From positions 3,995,668 to 4,059,667 of the forward strand of contig MU057887.1 of NCBI GenBank assembly GCA_013265495.1: DNA of 64,000 nucleotides, in the 5' to 3' direction. Below the pieces are notes generated by a model. That model was not told the origin of the DNA. It did no database searches and worked only from the letters and a program-made list of their open reading frames with translations. The DNA is from Vicugna vicugna (taxonomy: Eukaryota). The translations under genes were made by a program, and so were the position numbers. This document shows, one piece after another, positions 34,801 through 64,000 of the stretch. How positions within the stretch are numbered: the first letter of the stretch is position 1; every line of letters begins with the position of its first letter.

Positions 34801-37165
34801 CTCGGGGGCCCTGAGGCTCTGCCCTGTGGCCCCTCTGTCCTCACCACATGTTGCCGGCTTTCTGTCTTGCAGTTGGCCCGGCTGTCCCCAGTGCCTGGAA
34901 CGTGTATGTCACCAGGAAGGCCCCCCTCGTAGCCTCCAGCAGCCATGAGGACGAGAAGGTGGCAGGTGCCTTGGAGGCTGTCAGTGTGGGTCCTGGCCAC
35001 AAGGCCCCCCAGCTGCCTGTGTCAGTCCCCAGGTGAGCAGGATGGGGTGGTTGGGAGTCCCCGGCTGCACGTGGAGGTCTGGCTGTCCCCAGTACTTTGC
35101 TGACCTGGGAGCTGGCTGGCCCTCCTGCCCTGATGGCCCGTGACCCTGCGGAGGCGGGCTCGGGGAGAGAGGGATGCACCTTCATCTAACTGGAAGCCAG
35201 GGGTGTTGTTGAGACGAGCACAGGGCCTGAATCTGTCACCCTAGGGACTGGGGGCTGGGCCACCCCACGCCATGGCCTCGTTGGAGAGAGTGGCCAGGCT
35301 TTGGGTAGACAGAGCTGCCACCTCAGGATCTGGGGCTGTTGCGCTTGTGTGGTGTAAGCGTAGTCCCAGACACGTGCCACCTCAGCCAGGCACCTTGGTC
35401 ACGCCCGGGGTTCTGGGCTGGTAGGAAGGGGGAAGGTCTCGGGACTTGGCTTGGGGCCCTGCAGATGCTCTGACCTGGGGCGTCCTGCACCTCAGTGCCG
35501 CATGTCCCACTCCTGTGCACAGGAATTTGGAGTCCACTGCTGGACAGACAGCATCTCCTGGCTGGTGGGTGGGGCGGCGGAGCCAGGGGAGTCTGTGCTG
35601 TGGAAACGGAACTGGGCAGGAGGGCTGGTGGGGACACGAGGGAGGTAGGGCTGCAAGGGAGAAGGTGGGGCTGGGGCTCTGTAGGCCTTGGGGGAGGGAC
35701 GGGGAGCAGATGGGTGTTGGTGCTGCTCCCACAAGGTCCCCAGCCCAGTGACCCTGGGGTGTCCCTCCTGATTTGGGGGCTCCATCTGTCCTGCTGGCGG
35801 GTGTCCAGCTCTGGCTCACAGCACACTCGTTCCTGGGGCCCCAGAGCACATCTATCCTCCTGGCCCCTGTCCTGGGCTGGTGGCCGTGGGCACAGCCCAG
35901 AGGAGCAGAGGAGGCAGGGCCAAGCAGCTCGGTGACGGCGGGACGGGTCAGGTCGTGGCAGGGGGAGAGCGGGCCAGGCCGGGGGCTGAGTGGGGCACCT
36001 GGGTTTGAGGTGCACACGTGGCTCCTTGGTGGGCTTGATCCCTTAAAGTTTAGAATCACTGACATTTTTAAAACCTTTTTCTTTTCCTGACCCCCGACCC
36101 TCCCCACAGTCCCCACCCTCTGCCAGAGGCAGGTGATGCTGTTTCGGGGGGTCTGTCTGCACGCCGCCCGCAGCAGGGTCCTCGAGGCCTGGCTGACCTG
36201 GGTCTTGTCTTCAGGGGCGTCTCGGGCTCTGTCTCACTCTACTTGAGTCCTGACCAACTGGGCAGCAGGGCGCCCTGACTGCCCCTCCAGCCCCCACCCT
36301 CACCAGTGCCCAAAGGCCCTTGCCAGGCTTGAGGTGACATCAGGAAGCAGGCACAGGGCCCATGGAAGGGAGCTGTGGGCTGTTTCTCCTCCTGGGCTGC
36401 AGCCAAGAGCCTGGTGCCAGGGCCCAGTGTCCCCAGGCTGCCCTCCCCCTGCTCTCCGCATGGAGGGGGCGGGCGACGTTCAGGGCAGACGTGGCCTGTG
36501 AGCTGTACAGGGCAGTGCCCTGGGCCCTTGGGGTCTGCAGAGTAGTGGGGGTTGCTAGGATCCCTGAGGGGGCATGTTCCAGAATGGGGTGGAGGTGGGG
36601 AAGCTGCAGGAGACCAGACGGGTTGGGGCAGCCCAGGACGGATGCGGCTGGGAAGGAGGCTCCAGGCCTTGGACAGGCCAGTGGCTCTGGTGTGTTTGGA
36701 CCTCAGGGTGGCAGTGCAGCCTCTGGGCCACCTTGTAGGGTGGAGCCACACTGGGGGTGGCCCAGGTAACAGAAGCCCATCTGCCACACAGGGCTGGGTG
36801 CGCCACCAGCACACCACCAGACCCCGCCCCCCCTGCGCCTGCAGAAGAGACTTCTCCCTCGGGCGTGGCTGTCCTCCCCAGGGCTGCCATGGCAGCCACC
36901 ACAGTACTAGACGACTCTGGCCCCACCCCAGCCACCTTGGCAGCCTCTCCTGTGCTGTCCTTGGCCGTCACCACAGCCCCAGCCAGCCCAGCCCTCTCCA
37001 CGGTGGCCACCCTGGGTACAGTGACAAGGGACAGGTGAGCAGGTCAGGTCAGGCCATGGGAGGGGGGTGGGCGAGGACCCTCACCCTGAGTGACTCCCAC
37101 CGCCCCCCTGCAGGCCGACAGACGTGCCGCCGCCTGCAGGAGCCGCCTCAAATGGCCCCGTGTGA
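7664..37165 (+). CDS. PPP6R2: Serine/threonine-protein phosphatase 6 regulatory subunit 2 (SAPS2), complete spliced CDS, 22 coding exons, ~939 aa
   Basis: Begins [24 protein letters not shown]-domain motifs ([25 protein letters not shown]), ends ...ASNGPV*. Exon lengths sum to 2820 nt with all GT-AG junctions phase-compatible; tail-to-tail with SBF1 as in other mammals. Confidence 0.97.
8635..8886. mobile_element. MER58B-like DNA transposon
   Basis: agggttggcagact...gctgagaatggttttacatttttaaatggttgaaaaaaatcaaaagaa...ctggccctttgccagaagtctttgctgac. Confidence 0.65.
11531..11617. repeat. CACGTG-rich palindromic, alternating purine-pyrimidine tract
   Basis: Five CACGTG and two 10-bp perfect inverted repeats. 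Confidence 0.8.
12539..12674 (-). mobile_element. tRNA-derived SINE (camelid Vic-1-like) with perfect 15-bp TSD
   Basis: A/B boxes on minus strand; TSD atattggtgtttctt at 12524-12538 and 12675-12689. Confidence 0.85.
13136..13322 (+). CDS. PPP6R2: PPP6R2 coding exon 2
   Basis: [15 protein letters not shown]...IARKTEQ; tag / gtgatc. Confidence 0.95.
13935..15905 (-). mobile_element. Cluster of antisense L1 fragments, including an L1MC-like 3' end at ~14368-15015
   Basis: T-rich plus strand; [18 protein letters not shown]-adjacent motif on minus strand. Confidence 0.7.
14110..14255. mobile_element. MER58A-like DNA transposon fragment
   Basis: tggcccacaggccaaa...gtttttgtaaatgaaattttactgaag...catttgtttacacattgtctgtggct. 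Confidence 0.65.
16779..16916 (+). CDS. PPP6R2: PPP6R2 coding exon 3
   Basis: [11 protein letters not shown]...RQEVLH; cag / gtgagt. Confidence 0.95.
18099..18164 (+). CDS. PPP6R2: PPP6R2 coding exon 4
   Basis: [22 protein letters not shown]; cag / gtgagt. Confidence 0.95.
18322..18420. mobile_element. Possible MLT1 (MaLR) LTR fragment
   Basis: tgtgttagttttctgtggctg...agattaccccaaagctgagttgc resembles an MLT1 terminus. Confidence 0.35.
19566..19678 (+). CDS. PPP6R2: PPP6R2 coding exon 5
   Basis: [15 protein letters not shown]...LLTALES; cag / gtgagt. Confidence 0.95.
20040..20153 (+). CDS. PPP6R2: PPP6R2 coding exon 6
   Basis: [14 protein letters not shown]...LLETRRAG; cag / gtgagt. Confidence 0.93.
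21243..21369 (+). CDS. PPP6R2: PPP6R2 coding exon 7
   Basis: [11 protein letters not shown]...[10 protein letters not shown]; cag / gtaggt. Confidence 0.94.
21835..21970. mobile_element. Possible L2 3'-end fragment
   Basis: tctgccccccactggaaaggaagcttcatgaaggcagggatt resembles the L2 terminus. Confidence 0.45.
22400..22552 (+). CDS. PPP6R2: PPP6R2 coding exon 8
   Basis: [16 protein letters not shown]...NTMGLLL; cag / gtgagc. Confidence 0.95.
24413..25092 (-). mobile_element. Second L1 3' end nested in the older L1
   Basis: A second L1 3' UTR interrupts the host between degenerate cagcac..tttgt repeats. Confidence 0.65.
25377..25649. repeat. Tandem duplication, 138 + 135 bp
   Basis: Copies 25377-25514 and 25515-25649 are identical except A13 vs A10. 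Confidence 0.92.
25840..25970 (-). mobile_element. tRNA-derived SINE (Vic-1-like)
   Basis: ggggaggcaattaggtttattt...gattgaacccaggacc...ctctgccactgagct. Confidence 0.8.
26515..26660 (-). mobile_element. tRNA-derived SINE (Vic-1-like)
   Basis: gggggtaattag...gattgaacccaggacctc...ctaccactaagctatac. Confidence 0.8.
27747..27950 (+). CDS. PPP6R2: PPP6R2 coding exon 9
   Basis: [16 protein letters not shown]...ENTMVTH; cag / gtaagt. Confidence 0.95.
29183..29247 (+). CDS. PPP6R2: PPP6R2 coding exon 10
   Basis: [22 protein letters not shown]; cag / gtgaga. Confidence 0.94.
30597..30712 (+). CDS. PPP6R2: PPP6R2 coding exon 11
   Basis: [18 protein letters not shown]...EVIQG; cag / gtgagt. Confidence 0.95.
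31724..31809 (+). CDS. PPP6R2: PPP6R2 coding exon 12
   Basis: [17 protein letters not shown]...NAVDL; cag / gtgagc. Confidence 0.95.
32010..32090 (+). CDS. PPP6R2: PPP6R2 coding exon 13 (81 nt, phase 0-0, can be skipped in frame)
   Basis: [27 protein letters not shown]; cag / gtgcgt. Confidence 0.9.
32425..32522 (+). CDS. PPP6R2: PPP6R2 coding exon 14
   Basis: [25 protein letters not shown]...; cag / gtgagc. Confidence 0.95.
33052..33109 (+). CDS. PPP6R2: PPP6R2 coding exon 15
   Basis: [19 protein letters not shown]; cag / gtgagt. Confidence 0.94.
33187..33302 (+). CDS. PPP6R2: PPP6R2 coding exon 16
   Basis: [18 protein letters not shown]...; cag / gtgggc. Confidence 0.92.
33411..33574 (+). 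CDS. PPP6R2: PPP6R2 coding exon 17
   Basis: [14 protein letters not shown]...GGSK; cag / gtagat. Confidence 0.88.
33948..34110 (+). CDS. PPP6R2: PPP6R2 coding exon 18
   Basis: ATWPVFDEP...[12 protein letters not shown]; tandem CAG GAG acceptor / gtgagg. Confidence 0.92.
34196..34284 (+). CDS. PPP6R2: PPP6R2 coding exon 19
   Basis: [12 protein letters not shown]...GPERT; cag / gtgagt. Confidence 0.92.
34873..35032 (+). CDS. PPP6R2: PPP6R2 coding exon 20
   Basis: [21 protein letters not shown]...VSVPR; cag / gtgagc. Confidence 0.9.
36792..37034 (+). CDS. PPP6R2: PPP6R2 coding exon 21
   Basis: AGCATSTPP...[11 protein letters not shown]; cag / gtgagc. Confidence 0.88.
37114..37165 (+). CDS. 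PPP6R2: PPP6R2 terminal coding exon
   Basis: [16 protein letters not shown] (TGA 37163-37165). Confidence 0.92.
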
Positions 37166-37250
37166 TGCTGCTGCCGGCCTCGCATCCCAGCCAAGACGAC
37201 CACCTGGTCACGCAGTTTGTCTTTTTTAATTTAATTTAATTTAATTAAAA

Positions 37251-37256
37251 AATAAA
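37251..37256 (+). terminator. Proximal polyadenylation signal AATAAA of PPP6R2
   Basis: AATAAA ~85 nt after the stop codon, preceded by an AT-rich (TTAAT)n tract. Confidence 0.65.
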
Positions 37257-37894
37257 TGCTGCATTGTTAAAGCTGGCAGTTGGAACCAGTCGGACGGCCC
37301 AGCCTGCGTTTCTCCTGCCTGACCCCAAGTGGGCCACGAGGGTCTGGCCCCACGCACAGCAATAAGGCCTCAGATGTTGTGCTCTGTCTGGGGGAGCTGG
37401 GGCTGCGACCTCAGATGCCACAAGGGCCCAGGGCTGGGCCTGGCACCACCAGCTCCAAGCCTGTTTTTACTGATTTTTTTAAACAAATGCAGAAGAGCCG
37501 CATGTTTGCACTTTTTATCTGACCACAGGAGGTCTCCAAGGCTCTGGGGAAAATGCTGGTCTGGAGCTGGGCTGGCCATACTGGGTCTTAGCTGCCCAGT
37601 GGCCCTGGGAGCTGACCTTAAGTCAGGCTGCAAAATTTGACTGCCTTAAAAAAATATGCCCCTCCATGGCCTGGCAGGGTGTCCTGGCCCTCACGCCACA
37701 GTGGGCAGTGGGGCTACCCAGCAAGAGCTGGCGGTGCAGGAGAGGGTACAGGGTGGGCAGAGACACCCCAGCAGTGCTGGGTGGGGTAGGGCCCGCACAG
37801 TTGGAGGGGGCAGGACTGAGCTGTCCTGGAGGGGTCTGCAGGGTTACTTTACATGTTCTGATCTTCTGTTGGGGCACCCAAACCCCCAACTCCC

Positions 37895-37900
37895 AATAAA
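37895..37900 (+). terminator. Distal polyadenylation signal AATAAA of PPP6R2
   Basis: AATAAA followed by GT/T-rich sequence (tgtgttactctt...gtgtattgtt). Confidence 0.65.
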
Positions 37901-38893
37901 TGTGTTACTCTTACTGACAGACCCGTGTATTGTTAAGCTGCAGGTCTCGAAGCCTGAGTGAGGCCGGCAGCAGGGTTTTCTGGTGCCCCAGGTCCCTCCT
38001 TGAGTCAGAAGCAAACTCTGCCTGGAGGCTGAGAGTTGGGCAGGGACCCCAGACCCGCAGGTTCCTGGACATCAGGAACCTTGGCCTTATGGCTGTCCAC
38101 AAACAAAACCAGGTACTTTCTCACAGCCTAGCCCGCTTGTGTCCAGGCCTGCTCTCACTTCCCGCCCGCACCACCAGCCCTCCTTGACTGGGGGACAGTG
38201 GCCACCACCCCAGACCACTCTGGGGTTTTCTCTCGGCCTCTGCAGTGCCTACCCCTATACCTGCTGCCTCCCATGCCCCTGGATGGCACTGTTGCTGGTG
38301 AGGTGCTAGACCTGGCGGGACTCCAGTGTTTCTGGGACAGGGGAGTGGGCCAGGGGCTGGAGGAAGGCCAGGACCCCAGGTGAGACCCGAGGAGAGGAAG
38401 AGACAGGCACCTGGAGCGGAGTCCCCAGAAGGGAGGCCGTCAGGTCCTGTGCCCCACCCCCCCACACACAACCCACCCCCTGCCGCATCCCTGAGCCCTC
38501 AGGCACCCTCGCCCCCCAGGACATCTCCCACCAGGCCCCCTCCTCCCACTCCTCCAGCCCACTGACTCATGTGACCAGGGAACAGCAAGTCTGGACCCTG
38601 TGTCCTCCGGCTACCCCTACCCCGTCAGTTCTCTGGACCCAGGACAGCTTCCTAGGGGCCTCTTCCCCTGGTTCCCCTCTTCACAACACACCCCCAGGCG
38701 GTACCTTCTGTTCCAACCCTGAGAACGGCCTCCGAGGCCTGGGGGGATGGGCAGCCGGATGCCAGGCAGAGGCCTGGTGCGGCTGTGGCCCCCGCACCAG
38801 TACAGGCCCCTCAGTGGACTGGGTGGTTAAGAGGGTGGGGGACCCTCTGGGCGGGCCGAGGACACGCAGCCACGTGGCTTGTCATTAGCTCTC

Positions 38894-38899
38894 TTTATA
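38894..38899 (-). terminator. Candidate SBF1 polyadenylation signal (TATAAA variant)
   Basis: Minus strand reads agaatcTATAAAgagagc ~310 nt after the SBF1 stop; most PAS-like hexamer I found nearby. Confidence 0.45.
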
Positions 38900-39206
38900 G
38901 ATTCTGGTTCTAGGAGCAGGTTGCCTGCGGCCGGCCTGCCGGGGCCAGCACACTGACAGGGCGGGTGGGAGTGGACTATTTACAGGCCGACGGCGAGGGG
39001 CTGTACCATGGCTGCTCCCGGTGGCGGTCAGCTGCGACTCCAAAATAAGTTAGAGCCGGCGGGCGGGGTGGGGCTGGGCGGGGACTGTACACACATCAGG
39101 GGCGGGGCCTCAATACTGTCAAGGGCGGGGGCTGTAAACATGGCCGGGGGGCCCTGCCCACCCCTAGTGGTCTGCAACGAGTGGACGACTGGACGCAGGG
39201 CCGGGC

Positions 39207-63942
<24,736 letters not shown>

Positions 63943-64000
63943 GGCGAGGGGCGCGGGCGGGCTCCGCGGCTCGGGGACGCGAGGGCGGAGCGCTCATGGC

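Noticed and set aside
35896..35931. Possible 36-nt phase 2-2 exon ([13 protein letters not shown]) between PPP6R2 exons 20 and 21
   Set aside because: Purine-rich acceptor region and modest donor; exons 20 and 21 already join in frame.

Overview
GC-rich mammalian genomic DNA, probably a camelid (four copies of a short tRNA-derived SINE of the Vic-1 type; species call is an inference). It holds two convergent multi-exon genes. PPP6R2 (SAPS2, PP6 regulatory subunit 2) is on +, with 22 coding exons from ATG 7664 to TGA 37165 (2820 nt, 939 aa); its promoter and 5' non-coding exons lie outside the window. SBF1 (MTMR5, DENN-GRAM-pseudophosphatase-PH protein) is on -, with 41 exons from ATG 63942 to TGA 39207 (5679 nt, 1892 aa), starting in a CpG island at the right edge. 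All exon junctions were traced by hand, are GT-AG and keep frame. Introns carry nested L1 fragments (some with TSDs), MER58-type DNA transposons, SINEs and a near-perfect 138-bp tandem duplication. Most ORFs in the supplied track are spurious GC-rich frames. I found no wholly new gene or system. The most interesting signals are post-transcriptional and sit in SBF1: a 24-nt in-frame microexon with an SRRM4-like upstream context, three ACUAAC (QKI-type) motifs downstream of a 78-nt cassette exon, a 76-aa overlapping upstream ORF spanning three exons, a perfect-consensus in-frame alternative donor, a 57-nt ultra-short intron, mirtron-shaped introns, and an AT-rich element that could act as a poly(A) signal on both strands.
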